The position numbers and the translations under genes are program-made. Below, piece after piece: positions 16,808-28,807 of a DNA stretch of 64,000 bases. This DNA is from Monocercomonoides exilis PA203. Taxonomy: Eukaryota; Protista; Preaxostyla. The number at the start of each line of letters is the position of its first letter. Within the stretch, counting starts at the first letter, position 1. The notes beneath the pieces are model-generated. The model worked only from the letters and a program-made list of their open reading frames with translations. It was not told where the DNA came from and searched no databases. The stretch spans positions 310,001 to 374,000 of the forward strand of contig LSRY02000004.1 of NCBI GenBank assembly GCA_001643675.2, in the 5' to 3' direction.

Positions 16808-19086
16808 ATGGGACAATATTTTAGTCTTGTTCGATTACTCGAGAAAAGTCCAAATCAAGGGAAGCCTCAAGTCATTGACACACATTTAACATTTGATGAT
16901 ATTGCCTTGGGACTTGGAACCCGTTTTAAAAAGATTGTTATTCTCGCGGGGGCTGGAATTTCTGTGAATGCTGGAATACCAGATTTTCGATCACCTGGAA
17001 CTGGGTTGTACAGCAAAATACCATTTGGAGAAAACATTTTCACCTTATCTTACTTTAAAAATAATCCGAAGCCTTTCTTTACGTTTATGAGAAATTTCCT
17101 CAAGCAAACGCATGGGAAAGCATTTCCAACAAAGACACATTACTTTTTCCGACTTCTTCATGAAAAAGGAGTTCTTGTTAGAATTTACACGCAAAATGTG
17201 GATGACTTCGAAATTAAGGCAGGAGTTCCACGACATAAAGTTATTGATGCACATGGGACATTTGAAACTTCTCATTGCTTGGATTGTAAAGCGAAATATA
17301 ATTTTCAGTTTTTGATGGATGAGTTGTCACTTGATCCTGAACACATACCAACATGTCCTGTTTGTAATGGAATTGTTAAGCCTGACGTAGTTCTTTTTGG
17401 AGATTCGTGTTTTCCACAACATTTTTTTTCTTGTCAAAGTCGTGATTTTTCATCATGCGATCTTGTGATAATTCTTGGAACTTCTTTGGTTGTTCAGCCT
17501 TTCGCATCTTTGTATTATAGAGCACCTCCATCTGTTCCCCGGCTTGTAATCTGCAAAACCCCCACGGCGCCAGCACTTCCTCCAGGACACACACGCGCGC
17601 CATCTGCTTCAGCTCGCATTAATCCTGCGCCAAGTTCGCCTTCTTCATCTTCAGCGACACGATGGCTGGAGCAGATGTGGGCGACTGCCTCTGACTGGGC
17701 AAAGAAAGGCTGGTCTATTTTGTCGCTGTCTTCAGCGCGGCAGAAAGCGAAGAAATGGCTGGAAGGCGAATGGAGGTGGGGCTCAAACTCCAAAAAGGAA
17801 GGCACAACCACAATCATCCGCTACGTTCGCAACGAAGCTGACGACAAGGCACCTTCTTTCTCTCTTCCCCCATCTTCTGCCTCTGCTTCTTCCATCTCCT
17901 CCTCTTCCCTGTCTGCAGCTGGCCCGCAGCACGGCCTGCCTCTGGATGCCCTGCGCATTCAGAATGAAGTGAGTGCAGCAGAAGAGCTGAGCAATGAGGT
18001 GCACACGCTTCCTTCTCCACTCCTCGAGAAGATCAAAGCAGCAGCATCGACTGTCCTCTCTTCTGTCACTGCTGAACGGGCAGCTGCTTCTTCTTCTGCT
18101 TCTTCTGCTTCTCACACGTCACTTTCTGCTATTTCTCCATCATTGTCATCCTCTTCATCATCATCTTCTTCTTCTTCTACACCTACATCTGATGTGTCAT
18201 ATCCTTATCCTTCACCTTCTCCTTCTCCCTCTCTCTCTCCTTTCCCTTCTCCTTCTCCTTCTTGTTCCACTTCCCCATCACCATCACCATCACCATCACA
18301 ACACTTATCTAATAATTATACATATTGCACACCATCACCATCACCATCACCTTCTCCTTCTCCTTCTCCTTCTCCTTCTCCTTCTCCTTCGTCTTCTCCT
18401 CATTTTGCCATCATGACCAACACAGAATCTGCCCTCCCTTCAAAACCAGGTGCCTCGTTCATACTGTGCCCTGTCTGTTCTCATCCTCCTTCTTCTGGGA
18501 TGAATCCTTCTGCTTCAAACACTTTCTCTTCTTCCTCTTCTTCTTCCTCTTCCTCTCAGCCATCTTCTCTTCAAGCTAATCCTTCTTCTTCATCTCCTCC
18601 TCTTCCTCATACATCTCCTGCTGAAGCAAAGACACAATCATCATCTTCTTCTTCTATCATTTCATCGTCTTCTTCCTCCTCCTCCTCCTCCTCTTCTTCT
18701 TCTTCTTCTTCTTCTTCACATTCACACACACCTTCCACATTTGCGACCATTCTTCATTCAGTTGCTTCTTCTCTTTCATTCCTTGCTGCCCTCTTTTCTC
18801 CTCTCAAACATTCTTCTGCCCTCTTCTTCCCTCGCGAGACTAAAGGTGTGATTGCTCTTTCTCTCTTTCTTTCTCAATGGTTGTATGTGATATTGCTTAT
18901 GAACATTTATTATGTCTTTCTTTTTCACGTATTTCATTTTTGTTTCTTATTATTTCCCTCTGAATTGTTATTTATCACTCTATCTTTTTTTTTTTCATAT
19001 TCCATCAATCATACAAATCATATTATATTATTATTCCAATTATCCAAACAAATCCACCTCACATATAACTCCCGCCTCTCTCTCTT

Positions 19087-19119
<33 letters not shown>

Positions 19120-20147
19120 CTCTCTTCCTTCTCCCAGGACTGCAATATCTGTCCTTCATGTATCTGTCTGACTGTGACGAGGCAGTAGAGCGTCTGTGCC
19201 AAGTGCGTGGGTGGCTGGGGGAGTTGGAAGGGCTGTGGCAGCACAGCCTGATGAAGAGGGAGCAGGAGAGGAGGAGGGAGAAGGAGCAGAGGAAGAAGAG
19301 GAGGAGAGAGGTGAGAGAGCTGATGAGGAAGTGCAGAGAAGAAGAGAGGGTGAGGAAGGAGACAGGGAGAAAAGGGAGTTCTTCAGTGAGGTTGAGATGC
19401 TCTGTGTTCTCAGATGAAGAAGGGGCAGAGTCGGAAGGGAGTGGAGAGGGCTCTTATGAGAGGAGGGTGGCTGCTGCTGCAAGGGCAGAGGCAAAAGGAG
19501 AAGGAGAAGAAGAAGAAGAGAGAGGGAGAGAAGGAAGAGAAGGAAGAGAAGAAAGGAAAGGAATAAAAGAGAAAGTGACAAATGTGTTTTCAACCAGCAA
19601 ACTTGTAGAAGAAGAAGCAGAGAAGGCTGTTCCTGTCACACCACGAAGAAGGCTTAACTTTATTTTTGCGGGTGGAGACAAAGAGAAAGAGAAAGAGAAA
19701 GAGAAAGAGAAAATGAAAGAGAATCCGATGCTGGACGAGGCATCGCCTACGAACACAAACAGAGACAGTTCTGGTTCGAATGAAAAGAGCAGCAGACAAA
19801 AGATGAGGAGTTCTATTTGTGAGTGCCAGGTGTGCAGAATGAGAAGGGCAGAGCAAGAGAGAGAGGAGAGGAGGAGAATGTTGGAGGAGAAGAAGGCGAA
19901 GATGGCAAAGATGGCAAAGATGGCAAAGGATAACAGCAGAAATAGCAGAAATAGCAGAAGCAGTGGAGGAGAGAGGGGGGGAGAGAGGAAAGGGGAGGGA
20001 GAGGATGAGATAGAGAAACTGAATGAAGAATACGAAGATGACTCGTTTTCTTGCCAGAATGACGATGTGTCGAGGAACGATGAATCGTCTTCTTCATTTG
20101 AAAATGACAGTTCTGAAGATTATGAGACAGAAGAAAATGAAAACTGA
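16808..20147 (+). CDS. Class I sirtuin (SIRT2/Hst2-like NAD-dependent deacylase) with a large Ser/Pro insertion and a charged tail, 2 exons
   Basis: Motifs GAGISVNAGIPDFRS, YTQNVD, AHG, two CxxC, KPDVVLFG and GTSLVVQPFASL. GT-AG intron 18846-19137 joins in frame to LSDCDEAVERLCQVRGWLGEL, the sirtuin C-terminal strand/helix. Confidence 0.9.
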
Positions 20148-20493
20148 AAAAAAAAGAAAAGAAATAAAATGGAAGAATTGAAATGGATATCGGTTTAAAT
20201 GGTCATCATTCCTTCCTGATTGGAATTGGAATGATTATAAAGTTTTGTTAATAATAATTATAATGTTTATTGATTTTACAATTATATTTGTTAATTTTGT
20301 TTTAATTCTTTATTAATTATATTTATTTCATGCGTTTTTACGATTTTTTAATTTATTTTTAGAATTTACAATTTATATTAAAAAGTCTTTGGAAAAAAAA
20401 TAAATTTTCCTTATTCAAAATTATGGGTGCATTTTTGGAGTTTTATACTTCCTAAATTGGTATTTTTACCAGAAAGAAGAAAAATCCTCAGCC

Positions 20494-21154
20494 ATGGGTC
20501 GTATGCACACTCCAGGGTTTGTATTTTCGAATTATCATATTTTTAAGTTTATTTCTAATTGAATTTTTATCAATGCAAATGCGAAAATCAAATTAATAAT
20601 TGATTCATATCACAATAATCAGAAAGGGTATTTCATCCTCGGCCATCCCATACAGCCGAGCAGCTCCATCATGGAACACACTCACAACACAGGAAGTCTC
20701 TGAACTCGTTGTGAGACTCGCCAAAAAGGGTTTGATGCCATCCCAGATTGGTGTGATCCTTAGAGATTCCAATGGTGTTCCAATGACAAAGCCAATCACT
20801 GGAACAAAGATTTTCCGTATCTTGAAAGCCAATGGTATATATTTTTAATAGTTTAATATTTTTATTTTGAATGTTGCCGTATTTTTTAAATGTATTAACG
20901 TTAATTAATTTTTTCAATTCCAAAACTTTAAAGGTCTTGCACCTGAAATTCCAGAGGATTTGTACTGCCTCATCAAGAAAGCCGTCAACATGCGCAAGCA
21001 TCTTGAAAAATTCAGAAAAGACAAGGATTCAAAATATCGTCTCATTCTTATTGAATCAAGAATTCATCGTCTTGCTCGCTACTACAAGAAAAGCAAGAAG
21101 ATTCCACCAACATGGAGATATCAAGCAAGCACAGCATCTGCTTTAGTTGCATAA
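20494..21154 (+). CDS. RPS13: 40S ribosomal protein S13 (uS15), 3 exons: 20494-20516, 20623-20834, 20934-21154
   Basis: [18 protein letters not shown]...[16 protein letters not shown]...[11 protein letters not shown]...[24 protein letters not shown]. Canonical GT-AG introns. Confidence 0.98.
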
Positions 21155-21625
21155 GCTTGATTACAAACAGTTTCTTCTTTCATTGATTCACCTCGCTTCA
21201 TGTTTTTTGAACTGAAGAATACAAACAGAATTTCTTCCCTTTCCGAACATTGACTATTGGACTTTATTTAATAAAAAAGCAATATCAAAGCTTTTGACAT
21301 TGAGAATTTAAGAGTGCATTTTTGTTCATTGATTCGAAAAGGGAAAAAATAGATCGAATAATCTTTTTTTAATTTGGTTTTTCGTAAAAAATATTTTTTA
21401 ATTGCAATAATTTGCTTTAAAATTCAAATAAATTTTAAAAAGATACTCTCTCTCTCTCTTGGGAAAATGAATGAAATGATCGATAATACAAAAACTGAAG
21501 GAAATTGCAGTGGAAAGATAAGTTAAGGAATTAATTCACAAAAGCCCTTTCCAAAAAAAGAAATAAATAAATCTTTATTGGTTGAAGTTAGTTGGTGGTT
21601 TGTAAGAATAATAGTATTCCAAGAA

Positions 21626-21904
21626 TTAGCTGTATGAATCAAGATGAGATTTAATCTTTTCCATTTCTGATAGGAATGCGAAAAATTGCACAAGCGACAA
21701 TTCTACAATTTGTTATTCAATAGAAATAAAATATATAAACAATATCAATTTTTAAAATGCATTACCGAAGAAAATATCTTTGCCATCAATTGTCATCTTC
21801 ATTTGGAGAAATGTTTGTCCAATCTGGTCGACATCTGATGATGCTGCTGCAACTGCAAATTTCCAATCGATATTTTCAAGTTTATTAACATAAAATTGAG
21901 ACAT
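21626..21904 (-). CDS. COMM-domain-only protein (71 aa, COMMD7-like sequence), 2 exons: 21904-21766, 21702-21626
   Basis: MSQFYVNKLENIDWKFAVAAASSDVDQIGQTFLQMKMTIDGKDIFF|ELSLVQFFAFLSEMEKIKSHLDSYS*. Matches the COMM signature (L.D.EWKFGV...SSE...G..FLQLKL...ELTL.QF..FL.EME). Absent from the ORF track. Confidence 0.85.
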
Positions 21905-22231
21905 CTTAAAAAATAGAAATGATCAATATTTCCATTACAAGAAACTTCTCAAAAATTAAAAATTGCTAAAAAACATAAATTTTTCAAAATTGTAATAATA
22001 TAAAAATATATATAATGAAACGACAACATAAATGCAAGAATTTCTAGAACAATGCAAAGACCATCTTTGAAATGAATGTTTGTTTTAAAATCAATTGGTC
22101 AAGCATTGGGTAAATAATGAAACAAATGATTTTAGTGATGTTGTGCAATAAAGCTTAATCGCAAAAATGAAGAGGTTGCTTTTTCTGTGAAGTTACATTT
22201 TAAGTTTGAGGGTGAAAGGAAGGAGATTAAA

Positions 22232-23842
22232 CTATAGAAAATAATCAGGAGTTGCTTTCTTTGCGGGCACTCCACGAGATGCTTGCGGTGCAGCTTCGAA
22301 AATTTTGAATGATCGATTTAAAGTCTCATCAAGTTCAAGGATGGAAGCAATATTTCCGCAACTGAGTATAATCCCAGGATAAATAATCCACAAATTTCGT
22401 AAAAGAATTGTAGAAGCAGAATTATTAAACATATCCACAATACCGAAGAAAGAAATTCATTAAATGCAAAAAATATCAATCAACCAAACCGATAGCAATA
22501 GTTAGGCGCTGACCAAACAGTTACCAAAGTATCACGGAACATGTATTTAAAACCTTCCATCACCAATTGATGAGCACGGCAGATTAGCTCAACCTTGTTT
22601 GTCGAGTTAAACTGGAAGAAAAAAATAGCAGGGAAGAAAATGTTGAGTGAATACGACATTAGAAGGTTTTTAAAAAATGTAATTGAAGTTTTGAGAAATA
22701 TTTAGCAGAAAAAATGATCATGTGCAAATATTTTATTTAATAATTTGTTTGGAACAAACCTGATCAACAACATTTGCTCCAAACAAAAATCCAGCTCCTC
22801 GTGGAGATAAACCCCATCCATCGATTTCTAAGAAATGGTATAAAAATTGTTCGCAATAACAAAAGATCCATAAAATCATTAATAATATCAACAACAATAA
22901 TATGTTAATAAATAAATTAGAAAGAAAGAAAAGATGGAGAGAGAGAAAGAAAGTAAGAGAAAGAGAGTCTCATGTAAAAAGATAAATGTATGGTTACATA
23001 CCATCAGGATCTGACCAAAGTAAATCGCACATACTCCCTGAAATTGTATATTGAAAAGAATGAGAATGATAGCTTACAGCACAAAAGAAAATAATTATAA
23101 CCATCATGTGGGACTTCCTGTTTCCTATCAATCACTCTGATCTGATCAAGTGTTGTTAACGATGGACTGAGTCCCCCATGAACACAAAATATGCGATCAT
23201 CGACAAGGGCAGAAAGAGATAAATAATCAAATATTTCGGTGCAATATCTCCAAACATTTACAGAGCCATATTTTCTTAAACATTCATCGTAAAATCCATA
23301 AACTTGTGTAATTTGTCTCGATTCATGGTTTCCACGAATTAAGGTAATGCGTTCTGGATATCGTACCTAATTATCATGATTCCGAAAACGATTATTTGCA
23401 AGTTTTTAATTTTTGAAAAGATTTGTCCAAATTGTTTAAAACCTTCAAAGCAAGAAGAAGGAGAAAAGTCTCCACTGAAAAGAATCCTCTATCAACGAAA
23501 TCTCCCATGAACAAATAGTTTGTGTCAGGGCACTCTCCTCCAACAATAAACAATTCTTTTAAATCGTAGAATTGCCCATGAATATCTCCGCAAACCTTTA
23601 AAAAAATGATTCAAAATAATAATGAACAAGAAAAAATGAAAATGTGAACCAGTTATAACTTAATGATCACGTTTTATTACAATTATTCATACCGTCACAG
23701 GTGCATCAACATTCTGAACGTTTGACTCTTCCGTAAGAATTTCACGAGCTTTCGCACAGAGCGATTTGACTTCTGCTTCTGACAAGTATTCACATCGTCT
23801 GAGACGTTCAATTTGATTGTCAAGTTCAGAAATATTTGTCAT
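22232..23842 (-). CDS. PPP4C: Ser/Thr protein phosphatase 4 catalytic subunit, 7 exons
   Basis: [18 protein letters not shown]...[12 protein letters not shown]...GDFVDRG...[26 protein letters not shown]...[11 protein letters not shown]...[22 protein letters not shown]. The N- and C-terminal parts are PP4-type rather than PP2A/PP6-type. Confidence 0.93.
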
Positions 23843-25024
23843 AGTTATCGTATGGGTAAGATTGATCAAACAAGAAAAATTTATAGATATTTTACGAAAA
23901 GTCGCACCCTTTGAGTGAAACATAAGTTTTTTCAAAAAAGTTCGAGTTGTAACCAATAAGTCTAACGATTTTCAAAAAATACAAATACTTTTGCACGAAG
24001 CCTAATATGTCAATGGAAGTCATTAACTTACTGTGAAAATTCCAGTCTATTGTGAGTTTATTTATACATAGAATTAGGAATAAGGAATGAGTTTGTTTTC
24101 ACGTATTTATCAATTTGCATGATTCATCATAATACTTTGTTTTTTTATAAGAAAACAAACATGTTGAAAAACACAATTTTTTTTTCATTTTTGTTTCATC
24201 AGTTTATCATTATTATTGATGCTTTCCTGGTTTTTTGCCACAAATGTGAGACTTTTTGGAACATCAATAAAGAATTAAAATCATTTTTTAACTTTTTTCT
24301 GATTTTAACAACAAATGATATAATAATTCATTAATTATCTTTAATTCAAATAAATAAATTTATCCCATCGTTTTATTTTTTGTTCCATTCACTGAAAAAG
24401 CATTTTCTTTCGTGAAAGAAAAAAATAGTTCCGAAATAATATTAAAATTAATTGAAAAAACTCAATTTTTACGAAAAGACAGTTTCATCCCGAGAATGAT
24501 TGTTTTATATTAACATGGAAAAAATTATTCCGATAAAGAATTATTCATTCTCGAAATTTCATTGGCTTCTCGAAAAGAATGTTTCTTTCCGTAAAATATC
24601 TAAAACTTTTTAATAAAATTATTATAAAACAATTTGTATTAAAGCCTTTGCAACACACATTTTTGCATGCAATTTGTCGGACGACAATAATTCATTTGTC
24701 GAAAAGAAAGAAATGATTGTTTTTTGTCAAACTTTGCTGTTTGTGGATTAATCCACTCACCTTTTCAAAAAAAATTTTGTCGCAGAAGATCTTATTTAAA
24801 AAATGAAAGAAAAGAAAAAATATTAAAATACAGTGCTTGTTCATTCTTGAGAACAAACGATTAACAAGGGTCATAATTTTATCTTGACCTTTTTTTTATC
24901 AAGACCTTTTTTTTAATTGATCATTAACTTTTCCCACAATTTCATATTTTAATTAAATTTTTTGTATATATATGAATTCAATAGATAAAAATAAATACAT
25001 TTTGAAACAAACTCAATTTCGCAT

Positions 25025-25083
<59 letters not shown>
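25025..25083. repeat. (GA)n microsatellite inside the transposon 5' region
   Basis: Near-perfect GA run seen directly. Confidence 0.95.
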
Positions 25084-25084
<1 letters not shown>

Positions 25085-25237
25085 CCTTCATTGAACTTCT
25101 GTGTGGAATTGGAGGGTTTCATGTGGCATAAAACCTTAAGTTTGTTTAAAATTTAATTTTTCTATTTTTTTTCATTTCATTTCATTTCAATAAAACAAAA
25201 AGAAAAAATAAACACGATCTTAAAAAATTAATAAAAA

Positions 25238-26827
25238 ATGAAGATTTCCGTGGAAACAAAAATTGGAGAAGGACAAAAAAACTGCAGCGTGCAATGTCTT
25301 CACGCAAGTTTATGAAATACAACAGTTTGTTGGAGCGAATGGATCTCATCGTTGTTGATTGAGTTGTTCGCATAACGGATGTTATCAATTCTAAGGAATT
25401 CAGTTGCACAGGAATAAAGAGCGCAGTTTGAGTACTGAGGAAAGGAAGGCTGGTTTGAAAAGTTGGAAGATCTGCTGCAGTGGTGTGTGAAAAGGAACAA
25501 AGAGTTCTTGACATTATTCACATTGAAGCAAAGTCTGGCACATGTTTAACTTTAAAAAAACAAGAGAACTGGTTTGTTTTATTTTTATTTAGATGTTTTA
25601 TTCATTTGTTTTTCAGATGGAAAATGTTATAAACGACAACGATGATGAAGACTCACCATTCACAGAAGTTTTCATGTCTGCAACTTACGGCTTTGTCAAG
25701 CGTCATCCGGAGCTGAAGATTGGTACGCCGAGAAATTTGGACATCAACCGACTGGATGATTCGTGCAGAAGTGTTTGAAAACCCTGGTTAAAAAACACTC
25801 GATGAGCTGCAAGAAAAATTCCGTTTCAATCCAGCTTTAATAATAAATATCGACGAATCTTCAGCGCGCGTTCCTGCAGATTCGAAACAGCTTGAAGTGC
25901 ATACAGATAATACGAAAGCAGGTTTCATGAAAGAACCACAAAGAATAACAAATTTTTCATTCGTGGCAGCTGTTGCAGCGGATGGATATGCCTTTGACTT
26001 CTATTATCCTATGGCCAAGTGTCAACCTTCCAGAGGAACTGAAAAGCCTATTATCTTCAACGCTTGAGACATGGGTAAGTTAAAGTGGATGGATGGACAA
26101 TGAATGCTTCTGAGGTGTGAACTCACCATTCTTCTCCCTTCTGTCATCTTAAGAAAAAGCGCATGTCACCTGAAAATGAACACATACTTCTCCTTCTTGA
26201 TTCTCATGCTTCTCGCGCTGATCTATCGATCTGGGGAGGATTCCAAAAACAACAAGTCGACGTTTTAACCTTCGTGAAACATAGCACACACCTCTGTCAA
26301 CCACTGACAGAGGAGTGTTTGCTGTGTTCAAATCTGAACTGACTAACAGATTTGAGGCTCCCTCTTCTTCTTCATCTTTTTCCAAACAAGCAGTAATTGC
26401 AGATGTTCTGCCTCAAGTCATCCACACTGTATTATCTCCTTCTGCAATTCAGAAAGCTTTTGTCTGCAGTGGTGTTCTGCATAATACTTCTGGGCCAGTT
26501 CTTTTGAAACTGCACGGATCATCCATTTATCCTCCTCCATCCCGAAGAAATATATTCAACTTTTATGGAAAAGTGATAACCGATGATAATCTTTTAGATA
26601 AATGGGATAATCATTTGAAAATGAATATTGAAAGGAAAAATGAAATGGATGAAAAGGAGAAAGATGAAGTGAAGACTGTTGTGGATGAAAAGAAAAAAAT
26701 AAAAGGAAGATTTCTTCATGCGAAAAACGATGATTCTGAAGATGAAAAGAAAGATAATGCATTTAATCGAGCTGAAGGAAAAAGGAAAGTTATCAGAAGA
26801 ATTAATTCTGATTTTGTTTTCTTTTAA
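25238..26827 (+). pseudogene. Frameshifted, stop-containing DDE_1 transposase with a 45-nt GT-AG intron (25572-25616)
   Basis: Colinear with the more intact copy at 62940-64000, but with several in-frame stops and frameshifts. Confidence 0.8.
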
Positions 26828-27649
26828 TTATGTTGTTTTTTGAACTTTTCATACTTCATTTTTTTGGGTCAGAATAAAGATAAAGGGTCAAGATAAAATA
26901 ATAACCCTATAACAACTGTTGTTTTGGGAGTGCACGAGCCTATATTAAGAGCTCAGTCGTTCTCTCGAAAAAACTTTCTTCATCTACCTTTTCTCACAAG
27001 AATTCTTTTCCTTTTCAAAAAATTCTTCACGCATTTCTTTTTTAAGATATAGAATTCTGTCCAATATGTTCACTCTTCTCTCATTCTATCCATCTCTTCT
27101 AGTGTTAAGTGTTTGCTCCATTCAATGAAAATTACCTTTTCCAAAAAAAAAAAAGAAAAAAGAAAAGAAAAGAAAATCATTCTTGGTCCATTCATCTTTT
27201 CCTTATTTCATTTCTCTCACATCCCTTCCTTCCTCTCTTTTCTTTCTTTATTTCTTTTTTCGATTTTTCCTCTTTTTATCCAAGCTGCTTCATTGCATCT
27301 TCAATTTCCTTTTGTATAACTGTCAACCATGAAATTGAAATGCTTTTCAGCTTTTCTCATTGCATTCCCAATTCTTTGTCTCTCAGTTCTGATCCCTTCT
27401 TTTCATTTCCTCTCATCATTTCAAAAGTCCTTTTAACTTTTCTTTATCTTCATCAACATGTTTGTAAAATTTCCTCTTTTCTATCTCACTGATTTCTCAG
27501 CTGTGTGGCTCTTCCTTTTACTTACTTTCTTTCTTTCTGTTAATTCTTTCCTTTGTTTTGGAATCTCTATCATCTACTGCTTTCACTTCTAACGCTCTTT
27601 CACTGTTCTTCTGTTTGAATGCATATAATTCATAAATAAATTGATCACG

Positions 27650-28300
27650 GTTTGACTATTTTCAATGATAAGACAGCATATTCTCCTTTTCATCAATATT
27701 TGTGATTATTGAAAAAACGAACAAATGAAGAGCATACAGCCATCCAAACCATGTTCCGTGTGGTGAATGAGGCTCTTCATGCCTTTTAGGATGAGGAAGA
27801 CAGCCTTCCCCCTCTTTTGAGGAATCTGATTCCACAAATCTTATGAATTCTCTTGGCATATGGCTTGTTATCATTCCCTTTTCTTCTGACTGCTCTTCAG
27901 ATGATTCGGATGCTTCTTTCTTCTCTTTGACTTCCATAGCTGAATGAATCTTCCTCCAATATTTCTGTGAAGAGCAAGATGTTCACAAAACACCTCTTCC
28001 TCCATCGGCCTTTGAGGATGAAGACTATCAGAACAGCAGATGAACAAGAACAAGGAAGCAGCAAAAGAATCAGCTCCATTCTCAATTGGGATGGTGCTGT
28101 GGAAGTGACTGAAACTGAAGATCCCTTTTGGAGAGGACGGGGCAGAGGTGGCTGGATGGAAGAGGAGTGTGAATGGAGATAAACAAGAGAAGGAGATGGC
28201 AAAAGAGCAGAAGATGAAAGAGTTCTTTAATGAATTGCATGTTGAATGAGGAAGAAAGTTGATTGAAGCAGGCACATCTGAAGAGCAAGCTTTATTCGAG
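27650..28300 (+). pseudogene. Degenerate copy of the TKL-like pseudokinase C-terminal region of the giant receptor family
   Basis: Remnants IQTMFRVVNEALHAF*DEEDSLPS and MNKNKEAAKESAPFSIGMVLWK*LKLKIPFGEDGAEVAG parallel AQILFWVANLALHSFDEMEN and AFSIGMMLWECLTLQIPFGEYEAVIAG in the ORF at 3-11915. Boundaries are approximate. Confidence 0.75.
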
Positions 28301-28773
28301 ACGTTTCGAAGGAGTGATGATGATGTTTGATGCGATCAGTGCTTCGTTTTCAGCAAAAGAAGAAGGAAAAGAAGTAGGTGATAAAAAAGGAAAAGAGGAA
28401 GAAGAAGCAGAAGAAGAAGAAAAAGAGGCACCTGATTAATTTCTGGTTGATATTCTTCCCTCTTTCATATTGAACAGATGACGTATTGGAGAAGAAACAT
28501 CATATATCAATGAAACTTCCTTTGTTGATTTCCATTCTTCATTGACTCATTCATCAGAGTTGAGAATATGTCTATTAAATGCAAACACGACACACCCAAA
28601 AAACGATTGCTCATATAACGATTCATGACAGAACTGATTTTGCTCGAATTCACCAATTTTTCGCTCAATCATCATCCCAAAGAAAGAAGACGAATCCAAA
28701 AAATAACTTAAAAATGTTGTGACAAAAAGATTAGAAGAAGAAAATGACAGTCATTACGAATAAAATTCCACAA

Positions 28774-28807
<34 letters not shown>

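Larger units (their letters stand above)
24868..26907 (+). mobile_element. Decayed pogo/Fot1-like (DDE_1, DD35D) DNA transposon with ~22-bp TIRs
   Basis: Left GGGTCATAATTTTATCTTGACC (24868) versus right reverse complement GGGTTATTATTTTATCTTGACC (ends 26907, followed by TA). Internal transposase remnants: INIDES, VAAVAADG, GWMD, LLLLDSH, HLCQP(L)DRGVF. Confidence 0.85.

Noticed and set aside
18846-19171. Hydrophobic C-terminus of the 787-aa ORF suggesting a membrane-anchored sirtuin
   Set aside because: It is read-through into a pyrimidine-rich intron; splicing restores the missing sirtuin C-terminal motif.
20517-20933. Intronic snoRNA in RPS13 (vertebrate RPS13 hosts U14)
   Set aside because: The introns are ~100 nt and AT-rich, with no C box (TGATGA) and D box (CTGA) pair.
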